Shown: positions 45,150 to 56,045 of the stretch, piece after piece
Numbering within the stretch: position 1 is the stretch's first letter
How the letters are laid out: every line of letters starts with the position of its first letter
Source of the DNA: an uncultured virus (IMG/VR IMGVR_UViG_3300023198_000771)
Lineage: Duplodnaviria > Heunggongvirae > Uroviricota > Caudoviricetes > Crassvirales
DNA length: 64,000 nucleotides
Virus record (IMG/VR): IMGVR_UViG_3300023198_000771
Direction: 5' to 3' (one strand)
The notes under the pieces: model-generated
What the model was told of the DNA's origin: nothing
Databases searched by the model: none
Seen by the model: only the letters and a program-made list of their open reading frames with translations
Program-made: the position numbers and the translations under genes

Positions 45150-48100
45150 ATGGCAATAGTCAACATATCAGGTACTATTAACAGCTCGTTCTCAACGTCT
45201 GGCGTTCTGGTCAATGCAGCCCAGGCAGCTGGTGATGCTGTCTTTACCATTGATCTCAGACCAACGAATCCAATAATCATCGTCCAGGATAATCTGAACT
45301 ATCCTGTTTTGCTTTGGAATATCAATGATGCCGTTGCTGTTATTACCCTGGTAGGGCCACAGGGAGAAATCTATAAGAATGAGAATTATCTTACCCCTGA
45401 TATTGTCCCGGCTACAAGTAGGTATCTTAACAAGACTATTACCTTACCACTGGATCCACTGGCCAATTATACGAATATCCTCAAAGGGAATTACACGTTG
45501 AAGATCTCATGGTACAATAGTGTCCTGGACGAGTATTATACTTTTCTGGATGTGTACCAGTACAACATGGATCCTCCAACAATAGCCAACACAACCACCT
45601 CCGGACCATACACCGGGATCCTCACCTCAACAGATACAACAGCCTATGGAGGTGGTGTTCATCAAATCATTAGGCAGCATAGGATCGAGTACCCGGATGA
45701 ACTTGCGGTTCCTCCTCCGGATGTTGTTAGTTCCAATGCAGTAGTCCAGGTTACACCCATCTACACGAACGAGTGGACCATCACCATTAATTCATTCGTT
45801 GAATACCGCTTTGCGGACCTATTGAGGGTCTTGTGGGAGGGAGATGGAACCTTTACCCATTGTGTGTACGGTGGGTGCATAGGAGCCATGTATGATGCCA
45901 TTGAAACCATGCTCACCACATACCGGGAGGCCATGGCTTGCAACCTCAACGACCAGGAAGCCTATCAGAAGCGTCTTGTAATCGTCAATACTGCATGGCA
46001 CCTGCTTAACGAGGCATATTGGTCCGGTGATGCAGTAGAAGCCGATGAACAGGCTTATATCATCCAGGAACAGGTAGAATACACCGGTGGGGGTATTTGT
46101 GGTGGTGCCACATCAGAGTTAGTAGTACCATGCCCACCATGGACCGGAGGAGGCACAGGAGGCACTTATACGTTCTCCAATGGCCTTACAGAAGCAGCGG
46201 GGAATGTAGTCTGGGGAGGAACGCTTACACAGCCCACCACGATCAATATGGCAGGGAACGAGGTATTGTTCTCCGGATCCAACTTAGGGAACACTGTCAG
46301 CCAAAGCATATCAGCCTCCGGAGGGATTTTACAGAAGTCCAGTGATGGCACCACGGAGGGTAGGGTATATGTCACGCAGGATCTTGTAACTCTTGAACGT
46401 GCTGACCTGGGAACCCCTACCAACACAAGGGGGTACGAACTCACCGCAACAGGAATTGTTGAAAAAGGCGATTACAAGGCCGGTTATGTGGACAGGCAGC
46501 TTGTGGCCAAGGATTATGTTGACACCTTATTCGCAGGGGCAGCGACATATACCTTTGAGAACGCTTTGACCGATACAGCCGGTGTAGTGCGGGTAGGAGG
46601 AGCCATGACGCAGAATACAGTGATAACCGCCGGGGCATACACCTGGGAGCATACGGCTGCCGGTCCGTCCACATCACAGGAGTTATACATGGACAGCAGA
46701 AGGATCCGATGGTCCACATTCGCAGTACCGGATTGGGAATTTGATGGTCATTGGGGCGAGATTCAAGCACAATCCACCTTAACAGGGTATTCAGATGTAT
46801 CCATGGCAGTTGGGGATCCTGATTGGATAGTCTTATTATCCCTTAATACAAACTTAGGGATGTACATATTTGACGATATGTTCAACAGGGGCCTGGTTTA
46901 TTTTGATGATTATTCTTTGGCGGGTATTGCATACGGTGACAGATGGATCCCTGACTATGGTGCAGTAAAAGCCTATGCAGACAGTGTAGCAGGAGTTACC
47001 GCTTTCACTGGGCTTTCAGACACACCTGCATCATATACTGGCTTTGGATCCTATTTCCTTCGTGTAAACGCAGGAGCGACAGCCGTAGAGTTCGTTACCG
47101 GTACATGGGTGCCGGTGGCCGGTGGTACATTCACAGGTCAGGTTACAATAGCAACATCCACCGATAGACCATTGATCTTACAACAGATCGGAGCAGGATC
47201 CACACCAGGTACACCCGAGGCAGGAATAAACTATCTCTCCTTCCAGGATAACGATGGGGATGAGCAAGGGTATATAGGTATTGATGCCTCCGGAAATGTT
47301 ATCCTCAGTTCATCGATTATCGGAGGAGGAATATTAGCCAACGATAGTCTATCCGTCCAGGGCGATATAAACCTCACCGGATCTTTCTACACTGATTTCA
47401 TCTATGAGAAAACAGCCAACCATGGCGTTATCGTGGATGGGGTCACCCTGAAAGATGGAATAGTTATTGCCCCGGGACTTGGGACGGGAGCGATAGGGGC
47501 GATTGACGCATATATTGGAGATGCTTTCTCCACACCTACCTATGGGCTTATGCAAGTAGGTAACTCAGTATTTGGTAGATCATCAATCAATGTAGCTTCC
47601 TTGGACCTGGATGGATCCGTTCTGGTATGGAACCAGGGATTACCCGCAACCTCCAACATTGAGTTTGCCTTTGCCAACTCAGCAAATGATATTCGTTTTG
47701 CACTGGCTGTCCCAGGTGCAGGAAACGCAACATACTCCCCAAGGTCCATGCTGATCGTAGGACCGGCACCGGCCAACGATGCCATGGTCACCGTGGGCTA
47801 CTGGTCATCTATATTCGATGCCACGAAGATACCATGCGACACCTCAACGACAGGGGCAGATCTTGGGGTGCAGAACAATGTGCAGATAGGCGGTACCCTA
47901 TGGGTGGATACGATAGGAGAATCTACGACAGCAGCAGGAGTGACAGTATCCCATCCACTTGCCCTTACAGGCATAGTAAACGCCTCCAATACCTATGTGC
48001 TGCATTACAATAGTGGTACAGGGGCAGTAACCTACGCCCTTCCTTCAACACAGTACATACCCTACGGAACGAAGCAGAGTTCAGTCGATGCCGGAACAGT

Positions 48101-48203
48101 TGGGGAGATGTCAGTTGATGACGATTATCTCTATATTTGTGTAACAACCGGTGGTGTAGGTTTGGCCACCTGGAAACGAACAGCAATACTACAAAGTCCT
48201 TGA
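45150..48203 (+). CDS. Large tail fibre/hub protein
   Basis: YTF.N.LT repeats; C-terminal G..GE...DDDYLYIC...WKR motif; start ATG 45150. Confidence 0.65.
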   Translation: MAIVNISGTINSSFSTSGVLVNAAQAAGDAVFTIDLRPTNPIIIVQDNLNYPVLLWNINDAVAVITLVGPQGEIYKNENYLTPDIVPATSRYLNKTITLPLDPLANYTNILKGNYTLKISWYNSVLDEYYTFLDVYQYNMDPPTIANTTTSGPYTGILTSTDTTAYGGGVHQIIRQHRIEYPDELAVPPPDVVSSNAVVQVTPIYTNEWTITINSFVEYRFADLLRVLWEGDGTFTHCVYGGCIGAMYDAIETMLTTYREAMACNLNDQEAYQKRLVIVNTAWHLLNEAYWSGDAVEADEQAYIIQEQVEYTGGGICGGATSELVVPCPPWTGGGTGGTYTFSNGLTEAAGNVVWGGTLTQPTTINMAGNEVLFSGSNLGNTVSQSISASGGILQKSSDGTTEGRVYVTQDLVTLERADLGTPTNTRGYELTATGIVEKGDYKAGYVDRQLVAKDYVDTLFAGAATYTFENALTDTAGVVRVGGAMTQNTVITAGAYTWEHTAAGPSTSQELYMDSRRIRWSTFAVPDWEFDGHWGEIQAQSTLTGYSDVSMAVGDPDWIVLLSLNTNLGMYIFDDMFNRGLVYFDDYSLAGIAYGDRWIPDYGAVKAYADSVAGVTAFTGLSDTPASYTGFGSYFLRVNAGATAVEFVTGTWVPVAGGTFTGQVTIATSTDRPLILQQIGAGSTPGTPEAGINYLSFQDNDGDEQGYIGIDASGNVILSSSIIGGGILANDSLSVQGDINLTGSFYTDFIYEKTANHGVIVDGVTLKDGIVIAPGLGTGAIGAIDAYIGDAFSTPTYGLMQVGNSVFGRSSINVASLDLDGSVLVWNQGLPATSNIEFAFANSANDIRFALAVPGAGNATYSPRSMLIVGPAPANDAMVTVGYWSSIFDATKIPCDTSTTGADLGVQNNVQIGGTLWVDTIGESTTAAGVTVSHPLALTGIVNASNTYVLHYNSGTGAVTYALPSTQYIPYGTKQSSVDAGTVGEMSVDDDYLYICVTTGGVGLATWKRTAILQSP

Positions 48204-48224
48204 TATAACTAAAAAATAGAAAAA

Positions 48225-49349
48225 ATGGCTCAGTACGATGTATTAGTAACGCAAAATGTACACGCCACTCTTGTCGAATACCAGGAGAGGTTTGTAGCAG
48301 GGGCGAGAAGCAACCTTATTACATTCAATATTTCAAACGAACCAGTGGCTCTTGCTCCCGGCACTGCAGGATATGTCCTTAAATCAGCAGGAGCAACAGG
48401 TGACTTGTATTGGGATGTACTCGCTGCAGGACACACACAGAACACGGATATTGGCACCACATCCAGTATTTTTGAACTGGACAGTGATGGCACTAATCCT
48501 ATTGAACTGACAGCAGAAGCAGGACTCGATAAACTTGGCGTAAGGGTGAACGGTGGAGCAACCTTCGCTGATATTGAGGCCAAAGATGCGACCTTTGCCA
48601 AGGTGACGGTAGTGGCAGCACCATCAGCCGGGACGGATCTGACCAACAAAACCTATGTGGATGGACTGCTTGCATCTAATGATGCCATGATCTTCAAAGG
48701 AACGGTTGGAACCGGAGGAACGCATACCATTGCAGCCTTTAACGCCCTTGCCACATACGATGCCGGTTGGACCTACCGGATTATTGAGGCGGGTACCGTG
48801 AAGGGGAATGTTGTTGAGGTTGGCGATATGATAATTGCCATGGTAGATAGAGCCGGATCCGGTGAACTTGATGCCGATTGGACCGTTGTGCAGACAAACC
48901 TTGACGGTGCCGTTATAGGCCCCGCAAGCTCCACTGCTGGATATTTTGCTATCTGGAATGGAACAACAGGCAAGCTGCTCCAAGATGGTGGTGGTGCGCC
49001 CGGGACCATGGCCTACGAGACAGCAACCAATTATCTTACTACGGCAGCAGCAGCTACCACGTATGTAGCACAGGCACTCTTTGATGCTCAAACAATTATT
49101 GCAGCCGTGACGGATGATACACCGGCAGCAGTAACCGTAGCTGAACAGACGATTGTGGGAAGGATCACATCAGGTAATATTGCAGCCTTGACCGCAGCAC
49201 AAGTAATGGGGGTCCTATGGCAGGCAGCACCGGCCACACCAACCTCAACAGGGACAGTTAATCAGATTGCGTTTGACGAGGACTATTTCTACATCTGTAC
49301 CGCAACGAACACTTGGAGGAGAGCGCCATTAGCAACAACCTGGGTATAA
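48225..49349 (+). CDS. Tail fibre protein
   Basis: NKTYVD, AMIFKGT, VEVGDMII, WTVVQTNLDGAV; C-terminal DEDYFYIC..WRR. Confidence 0.7.
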   Translation: MAQYDVLVTQNVHATLVEYQERFVAGARSNLITFNISNEPVALAPGTAGYVLKSAGATGDLYWDVLAAGHTQNTDIGTTSSIFELDSDGTNPIELTAEAGLDKLGVRVNGGATFADIEAKDATFAKVTVVAAPSAGTDLTNKTYVDGLLASNDAMIFKGTVGTGGTHTIAAFNALATYDAGWTYRIIEAGTVKGNVVEVGDMIIAMVDRAGSGELDADWTVVQTNLDGAVIGPASSTAGYFAIWNGTTGKLLQDGGGAPGTMAYETATNYLTTAAAATTYVAQALFDAQTIIAAVTDDTPAAVTVAEQTIVGRITSGNIAALTAAQVMGVLWQAAPATPTSTGTVNQIAFDEDYFYICTATNTWRRAPLATTWV

Positions 49350-49362
49350 CAAATAGATAGTT

Positions 49363-51699
49363 ATGGCACAATATGATCTATTATTAACGCAGAACGTACA
49401 CGCTACATTAATAGAATATTCTGAGCGATTTGTTAATATAGCGAAGGGAGGTTTGTTGTCGGCTATAACCGACCAAACCCCTACCGTTCTTGCAGCCGGG
49501 ACGGATGGGTACATATTAGCCCGGGATGATGTTGAGGTTACTGGGTTAAAATGGATCGATCCTGCAACACTGGCCGGTGTCACGGTAGCAGCACAGGCTG
49601 ATGATAGGATTGTGACAGCCACAGGTACAGCCGATGCTCTTAACGCAGAAGAGTTTCTTACCTACAACACCACTCAGGGGCTTTACATTGGTTCAGGTAA
49701 TGGGATCCTATTTGCAGCAGCAGCAGCCACACACCAAATCTACACACCTGCAGGAGCCGTCAAATCCAACATTACGATTGAAACCGGAACGAACAGTGCT
49801 GCCGGGGCCGGGGATATTACCCTGAAAGCCGGGGCCGGTATAGCAGCCGGGGGGAATGTGTATTTCCAGAGAGATACCACGTATGGGAATTTCTTCTTCG
49901 GAACAGGTGCAGCCGGTCACCTACCTGCCAGGGCAACCGAAACCCAAGTAATTTATTACGATACATCAACTGGACAGGTCAGTTATGGGTCACCGGGGGC
50001 TGTTGGAGGGTTATTTACAAGAGTTGGCACTGAGTTGAATGTAACTACTGCCGGAGATGATATAGCACTACTCACTACTGAGAAATTAAAGTTTAATCAC
50101 TCAACAACTTATATAAGTGGACCTGATGGTGGCACAGGAGCGATACACTTTTATGTTAATTCAACTCATTTTATGGGTATGAGTGGGAGTCAAATACAGA
50201 TACTTCAACCAATTGTTGCTCAAAATAACCAGAATCTTGGTGGAACAGGATCAGCACAATGGTTTGGAACTGTATTTGCCGGTAGGTTTTCTTTTGAGGC
50301 TTTGGGATATTATATTGATACTTCTGGTACTGATATGATTTTCACTGATGGAAGCAATACTGATGTTACCCTTAGCAGCCTTGTTGGAGGAGGTATTCCA
50401 TGGACCAGGACATCAACAGATGTTACACTGACAAATTCAGGAGATACTATTACGTTAGAGGTAGGTGAATTATTTCGTTTTGGTGCGGGTACTGATTATA
50501 TTGCAAGTACAGCCACCGGTAATATCACCATCTATAATGGCAGTTCTCCGGCATTTTCATTCCAAGGAGGAGGCACCCACGGTTGCTATGCTTCGATCCT
50601 GCCTATAGGGTCCATACAGCTCGGGGATAACAGCAACGTATGGACCAGAGTAGTCACCAACATCTTAAACCTTGAAGGCACCAGCTATGGGATCCAGTTG
50701 GCTACAAATGCCATAACATTCACCGATGTGAATGGAACGAGAACACTGGCAAGCCTTGGAACGGGTAGCGGAACGGTTACAGCCGTGAACAATGGTGATG
50801 GGATGAACTTTACCAATATCACCACCTCCGGATCAGTGACACTGGGAACACCTACAACTAATCTAACGTCAACCACAACTAATGCTGTAACCACATCTGC
50901 CCATACTCACGCTATCACAACAGGATTAGCTGTTAATAATATTGTGGCGATAGCAGTAGCTTGTGCTGATAATGACTATGCCAAGTTCACTACTACCGGC
51001 CTTGAAGGTAGAACCTATGCAGAGGTGGCGGCAGATATTGATTCTTCAAATTTTGCTTTTTCTGGAAACAATACAGTAACAGGAGGATATTTAATTTTTA
51101 ATGCAGGAAGTAGTTATCTTAAAATGTATGATAATCTTTCAGTTAGGTTTGGGAATAGCAATGATTTTGAAATGTATTTTAAATCAACCGGAGCAGATCT
51201 GTACCTTGATGGAATAACGGTATCAAATGATATTTTCTTCTCAGTAGCCGAAGCTGTAAAGTTTACATTTGACATGGGTACAACGGGTGGAGGAACAGGG
51301 ACGGCACTTGATTGGGTTGCTACTTCTGATATAAGGCTTAAAACGAAGATTAGGCCATTAGAGGTGGACATGGACCAGTTCCTTGTAATTAGTAACAAAG
51401 CTATAAGACATAATTGGGTAGGAGAGCCTGAGCCTTATACTTCTTCATCGATTGGATTTGTAGCACAAGATATTGAAGAATTTTACCCGGAGTTAGTGAC
51501 TATCGGAAAACATAAGCCACACCTGAGAGGGTTATCCTATGCTAAGTTGGTCACGGTAGCAATCAAGGCCACAGCACAGACATGGGAGTATGCAGTGGCT
51601 ATTGACGGTAAACTGGATGTAGTGCAATCAGAAGTTGAAAAGTTGAAAATTAAGGTAGAGAAATTAACAAACGAACTAAATACTTTAAAAAATGGCTAA
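49363..51699 (+). CDS. Tail fibre/spike with C-terminal intramolecular chaperone (peptidase S74)
   Basis: TSDIRLKTKI, GFVAQDIEE..PELV, LSYAKL, terminal coiled coil. Confidence 0.88.
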   Translation: MAQYDLLLTQNVHATLIEYSERFVNIAKGGLLSAITDQTPTVLAAGTDGYILARDDVEVTGLKWIDPATLAGVTVAAQADDRIVTATGTADALNAEEFLTYNTTQGLYIGSGNGILFAAAAATHQIYTPAGAVKSNITIETGTNSAAGAGDITLKAGAGIAAGGNVYFQRDTTYGNFFFGTGAAGHLPARATETQVIYYDTSTGQVSYGSPGAVGGLFTRVGTELNVTTAGDDIALLTTEKLKFNHSTTYISGPDGGTGAIHFYVNSTHFMGMSGSQIQILQPIVAQNNQNLGGTGSAQWFGTVFAGRFSFEALGYYIDTSGTDMIFTDGSNTDVTLSSLVGGGIPWTRTSTDVTLTNSGDTITLEVGELFRFGAGTDYIASTATGNITIYNGSSPAFSFQGGGTHGCYASILPIGSIQLGDNSNVWTRVVTNILNLEGTSYGIQLATNAITFTDVNGTRTLASLGTGSGTVTAVNNGDGMNFTNITTSGSVTLGTPTTNLTSTTTNAVTTSAHTHAITTGLAVNNIVAIAVACADNDYAKFTTTGLEGRTYAEVAADIDSSNFAFSGNNTVTGGYLIFNAGSSYLKMYDNLSVRFGNSNDFEMYFKSTGADLYLDGITVSNDIFFSVAEAVKFTFDMGTTGGGTGTALDWVATSDIRLKTKIRPLEVDMDQFLVISNKAIRHNWVGEPEPYTSSSIGFVAQDIEEFYPELVTIGKHKPHLRGLSYAKLVTVAIKATAQTWEYAVAIDGKLDVVQSEVEKLKIKVEKLTNELNTLKNG

Positions 51700-51991
51700 G
51701 AAAATCACATTGAACATCGCCAATGATGTAAAGGCTGTTGAGATCAGGGATACCATCATTGATAACTATGCTAACCCCACGTACAAGGATACCATAGATG
51801 ATCCTGATTGGGTTTATGACCCTAATAACCCCACTATGCCCGGGAAGGTTCCTAATCCCGTCAGCAGGGATGCTTTCTTTAAGGCCCATATAATTGACAC
51901 CATAAAGAGTCAGTATTTGAGAGCCAAGAGTTTATTGGTGCGAAGAATACCATTAGAATCTATTGAGAACGAAGATCTGGAATTAACATAA
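51692..51991 (+). CDS. Hypothetical (fibre-associated) protein
   Basis: ORF overlapping the fibre gene stop. Confidence 0.6.
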   Translation: MAKKITLNIANDVKAVEIRDTIIDNYANPTYKDTIDDPDWVYDPNNPTMPGKVPNPVSRDAFFKAHIIDTIKSQYLRAKSLLVRRIPLESIENEDLELT

Positions 51992-51992
51992 G

Positions 51993-52448
51993 ATGACACT
52001 CACAACAGGCACATTATACCTGGTAGGTGCAGGGCAACCTGTTACTTCAAGCATCCAATATGAGTTGGAGGGAGTCACTGATGGGATTGGATTATTGGAA
52101 GCAATCACCCTTTCAGGTGAAGCCTTTAACAGTATGCGAGATTTTGCAGGGTATAGTGCTTGTAGTGAAACTATTCCATCAGTGCCAACCGGGGTGTCTG
52201 CAAGTTGGGCCGGAACACCTTCGGGGTTAATTAGAGTTTATTTCACTAAACCTGCCAATGCAGTTGGGATAGACTGTCAGGATAGTGTAAATAACTCTAC
52301 ATGGGCTAATTTTTACATGGGTTATACACTCTCCTCTCCTCTTTCAGCTACTAATGGATGTGCAAACATTTATTATAGAGTAAGAGCATATAATTGTGCC
52401 GGATCAGGTTCTTACTCATCTGGCGTTCTTGCATCTGGAACTTGTTAG
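51993..52448 (+). CDS. FN3-like domain protein
   Basis: PSVPTGVSAS...YYRVRAYNCAGSG.YS. Confidence 0.65.
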   Translation: MTLTTGTLYLVGAGQPVTSSIQYELEGVTDGIGLLEAITLSGEAFNSMRDFAGYSACSETIPSVPTGVSASWAGTPSGLIRVYFTKPANAVGIDCQDSVNNSTWANFYMGYTLSSPLSATNGCANIYYRVRAYNCAGSGSYSSGVLASGTC

Positions 52449-52459
52449 GAATTATAGAT

Positions 52460-52842
52460 ATGGCAAAAGCAGAGAAAAAAAGAAGGTTTATTACCCTTGA
52501 ACTGAACCCCAATATGTCAGACAGTGAGGAACNNNNNNNNNNNNNNNNNNNNNNNNNNNNNNNNNNNNNNNNNNNNNNNNNNNNNNNNNNNNNNNNNNNN
52601 NNNNNNNNNNNNNNNNNNNNNNNNNNNNNNNNAAAAGAAGGTTTATTACCCTTGAACTGAACCCCAATATGTCAGACAGTGAGGAACTGTTTTTTAAAGA
52701 GTGGGTTGCTGACGGACTTAGGAAGATGAGATTACACGGCAATAATGCAATATTAACAATACCCAAGGTGGCTCTCCGGACCCAGTTTGAGAATGATTCG
52801 GATATTGTGGTTGTAAACAAGAATATTTTAATACCTAAATAA
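52460..52842 (+). CDS. Hypothetical protein interrupted by scaffold gap
   Basis: Collapsing the 55-bp duplication (52478-52532 = 52633-52687) gives one ORF MAKAEKKRRF...NILIPK*. Confidence 0.55.
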
Positions 52843-52880
52843 CTTAACTTTATAACATTATTAATCAAAACAATCAAACT

Positions 52881-53411
52881 ATGAAAAAGAAGGATTTGTA
52901 TTCATTTATGAGGGGCCTGAATTCGACAAAATTTGAACACCCCAGGTCCACCTATGCCGTCAACAAGAACAAAAGGCTTGTTGAGGAAGTTATCACCGAC
53001 ATGGAGAAGGCTAACACACCCTCCGACAAGATGAAGGAGTTCGGCACAGAAAGAGAAGAACTGGCAAAAAAGCATTGTGTGGTCGATGATGCCGGTAACC
53101 CCAAGCTGATAAAGCTGCCCGGGACCGCCACAGGAGAGGTTCAGATGATATATGAGATCCCGAGCCAGAACGATCCTGAAAGCAAGTACCGGAAGGAACT
53201 GGCCAAGATCGAGAAGAAGTACAAGGAGGAGATCGAGGCCCATGACGAAAAGGTGAAGAAGTACAACGAGGAGTTCCTTTTGGAGGATTCGGAGTACAAA
53301 CCCTTCAAGATCGATCTATCCTTCCTGGAAGCGCATGAGATATGTCCACAGCCGGTCATGGATCTCATCTTCTGGATGGTCAGGGATGACGTTTTTGAAA
53401 CCGAAAAATAG
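52881..53411 (+). CDS. Hypothetical charged helical protein
   Basis: ORF following the fibre cluster. Confidence 0.7.
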   Translation: MKKKDLYSFMRGLNSTKFEHPRSTYAVNKNKRLVEEVITDMEKANTPSDKMKEFGTEREELAKKHCVVDDAGNPKLIKLPGTATGEVQMIYEIPSQNDPESKYRKELAKIEKKYKEEIEAHDEKVKKYNEEFLLEDSEYKPFKIDLSFLEAHEICPQPVMDLIFWMVRDDVFETEK

Positions 53412-53417
53412 AGAGAT

Positions 53418-54116
53418 ATGACACTTTTTGAACAATGGGAACTGGTCAATTACATAGCCAACAAGGATTATGAGGGCAATGTAATAACACCTGACAGGTT
53501 TGGTCAGCTATGTATAGTTGTGAACATGGATCTGTTCAAGGTGAAGATGGGGCTGCCCGAGGATTATCAGTTGGGACAACCCATTTCACGGCAATACCTT
53601 GATGCTACTCAACGGTTGACCGATGAAACACGGTTCCTAAAAACAAGAGTGGCAGCACAGGCCGTAGCAGGTGGCGTAGTAGCCTACCCGGGTACTTACT
53701 TTGGGTTTGATGCCATGCGCTACGGTTATCAACGACAGGTGGATGGATCTCCCAAGGTGATCTGGAAAGCTGTTGAACCTCTCACTGAGGATGAGTATTC
53801 CGACAGGGCCGGTAATTCCATTAAGGAGCCTACTGCCAAGAATCCTGTTTGTGTGTTACGGAGTAATGGGATCTATGTTTATCCTACCGTCATCGTACAG
53901 GTCGATTTTAACTACGTTAGGTACCCAGTGGATCCAGTGTTCGATTATGTTGTGAACAGTGGATATATCACCGAAGGGGCCTCTCCTGTGGAGTATGAAT
54001 GGCCAGTGCATCTACACAGGGATCTCACAATGATGATCCTGTCCTATATCGGAATTAACCTCCGGGAACAACAGTTGGAGCAATATGCCGAGCAGCATAA
54101 AACACAGGGAGTATAA
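53418..54116 (+). CDS. Tail ring/adaptor protein
   Basis: ANKD..G.ITPD.F, Y.RYP.DP, ILSYIGINLRE; crAss-like. Confidence 0.75.
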   Translation: MTLFEQWELVNYIANKDYEGNVITPDRFGQLCIVVNMDLFKVKMGLPEDYQLGQPISRQYLDATQRLTDETRFLKTRVAAQAVAGGVVAYPGTYFGFDAMRYGYQRQVDGSPKVIWKAVEPLTEDEYSDRAGNSIKEPTAKNPVCVLRSNGIYVYPTVIVQVDFNYVRYPVDPVFDYVVNSGYITEGASPVEYEWPVHLHRDLTMMILSYIGINLREQQLEQYAEQHKTQGV

Positions 54117-54134
54117 ACCATAAAAATATCAGCC

Positions 54135-54542
54135 ATGAATGGAGGGAAAAAAACGTACAGGAAAGTGAAAAGTGCTGCCAAAGCACAGGGCAGAGCAACC
54201 AAGAGGACTTCCAAGCAGACGGGTAAAACCATCAAGCGTGGAGGCAAAACTATTGCCAAGGGCGTGAAACAGGGTCAGAAAGCCTTTAAAGCATCAGCCA
54301 AGGGTACAACTAAAGGCAGAACCCCCAGTACCAAGTCACGTACCAAAAGCGAAGATGCAGCTATGAAGGTTCAGTCAGGTAGCAAGGCTATGGCAGCACC
54401 CAAGCCAAAGGCTAAGATCAAAAAGAAAGCCTACACCACTACTGAGAATGTCAACTACCAGGGAGGCCGGACAGGTCAGAAGAAGTATCTGACAAAAAAA
54501 GGCAAGGAAACCAATCGTAGAGGCGGTAGGGCCAAGTCTTAG
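54135..54542 (+). CDS. Highly basic K/R/T/A-rich protein
   Basis: Histone H1-like composition, very few acidic residues. Confidence 0.65.
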   Translation: MNGGKKTYRKVKSAAKAQGRATKRTSKQTGKTIKRGGKTIAKGVKQGQKAFKASAKGTTKGRTPSTKSRTKSEDAAMKVQSGSKAMAAPKPKAKIKKKAYTTTENVNYQGGRTGQKKYLTKKGKETNRRGGRAKS

Positions 54543-54544
54543 TC

Positions 54545-54658
54545 ATGGGATGCAAAGGCAAAGGGAGGGGTAAGAGTATGAAAAAACGTACTCATATACC
54601 CAAGAGATCGCCTTCAAGGAAGGCTCCCAATAGGACCACTAAAAAGAAAATCAAATGA
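54545..54658 (+). CDS. 37-aa basic peptide
   Basis: MGCKGKGRGKSMKKRTHIPKRSPSRKAPNRTTKKKIK*; ATGA overlap with next gene. Confidence 0.55.
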   Translation: MGCKGKGRGKSMKKRTHIPKRSPSRKAPNRTTKKKIK

Positions 54659-55281
54659 GAAAAATAACACTCATCGAATTGGTGCAGGATTATTTATCCG
54701 GGGGTGATGCCCCGGACGATTTGAAGGGTAGGTACCATCCGGAGGTCATAGCGAACTTACTTGCACTGGCCTATAATACTGTTGTCATGCAAACCTATAT
54801 GGAGGGAAAGACATACAGCGATTATAGTGTCCTTGATGCTTGGGCGTTGAATCACACTTTACCTATTGTGAGTAATGTGGTTGCATTACCGTACCCTCCG
54901 GTTCAGTTGCCAAATGGCATGGGGATCTTACAGGTGGCCTGTGGTAATGATCTAACCAATGTGTTTGCATACCGGGAAACCAATTCCAATGCGGTATTCA
55001 ATGCCTTGGATGTAGGACAGGTCAGCACGAAGCCTAATTTCTACCTGGAAGTGAACGCAGGGTCCGGAAACAACTCTCATGTTTTACAGTTGGCTCTGGT
55101 ACCGAGTGGTGTAAGCGAGGTGAAGGTAAAGATGATTGTGCCTTTTGACACTGTTGACGATTTCGCAACTATCTCCATTCCTGCCGGGAAGGAGGAATTG
55201 CTTATTCAATCAGTTGTTGCGCTGATGAGGGAGAAACCGGCAGAGGATACTGTTAATGATAATAAAGCCAGACAACAATGA
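54655..55281 (+). CDS. Tail ring protein
   Basis: Position; LP..PVQLPNG.G motif. Confidence 0.6.
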   Translation: MRKITLIELVQDYLSGGDAPDDLKGRYHPEVIANLLALAYNTVVMQTYMEGKTYSDYSVLDAWALNHTLPIVSNVVALPYPPVQLPNGMGILQVACGNDLTNVFAYRETNSNAVFNALDVGQVSTKPNFYLEVNAGSGNNSHVLQLALVPSGVSEVKVKMIVPFDTVDDFATISIPAGKEELLIQSVVALMREKPAEDTVNDNKARQQ

Positions 55282-56045
55282 GCCTAACAAATCCAAAAAC
55301 CACAGGAACAGTCACCATCAATTATGTAGTGATGAGTGTGCTGAATAGGTTAAAGGACTATTCGATGAGACATTATTCCTTCTTGGAACAGATCATCATC
55401 GAAGGTTATTCAGATCTTAACCTATGGCACCTTGATAACATCGAGGTCGTTTATCTTAGAATGTCCGAAGCCAAGACCATTGATCTTCCTGCGGATTTTG
55501 TTGATTGGCTGAAAATTGGGGTACCCATTTCCGGGAAGCTGAGAGTGTTGACTAATCATAAACAGATCCTATTCCCAAGAACATTTGCCGATGGCGCACC
55601 GGTGGGTAACGCTGATGATGTTGGCGGTGGGATTGGGGAGGCAATATACTTCTCTGACCATTTCAGAGATGGGCAGTTCGTTGGTGGACTTTATGGGATG
55701 CCTGGTGGTGCTGATCAGGCTTTCTACCGGATCGATAAGGAAACAAGGACTATCATATTCTCTGGATCCATTCCCAGGGCAGAGATAGTATTGGAATATG
55801 TTTCCTCCGGAATAAAGCTGCAAGGCACAACGGTTATTCCCAGGGAGGCTATTCCTGCGTTGAGGACATGGGCATTGTGGCAGATCATTGAGGATGATCC
55901 GAAAGTATCTCCCACACAGAAGGAAAGGAAGAAGGAGCAGTACGAAGAACAACTCCATGCACTTGATTACTTCCAGAGCGCATTTACGAAGGATGAGTAC
56001 AAGCGTCACGTTTATAAGCATAGTAAACAATCAACTAAGAGATAA
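55278..56045 (+). CDS. Tail ring protein
   Basis: LPADFVDW.KIG, IVLEYVSSG. Confidence 0.7.
   Translation: MSLTNPKTTGTVTINYVVMSVLNRLKDYSMRHYSFLEQIIIEGYSDLNLWHLDNIEVVYLRMSEAKTIDLPADFVDWLKIGVPISGKLRVLTNHKQILFPRTFADGAPVGNADDVGGGIGEAIYFSDHFRDGQFVGGLYGMPGGADQAFYRIDKETRTIIFSGSIPRAEIVLEYVSSGIKLQGTTVIPREAIPALRTWALWQIIEDDPKVSPTQKERKKEQYEEQLHALDYFQSAFTKDEYKRHVYKHSKQSTKR

Noticed and set aside
52478..52687. 55-bp direct repeat around the second N gap
   Set aside because: Same assembly artefact; collapsing it restores one continuous ORF
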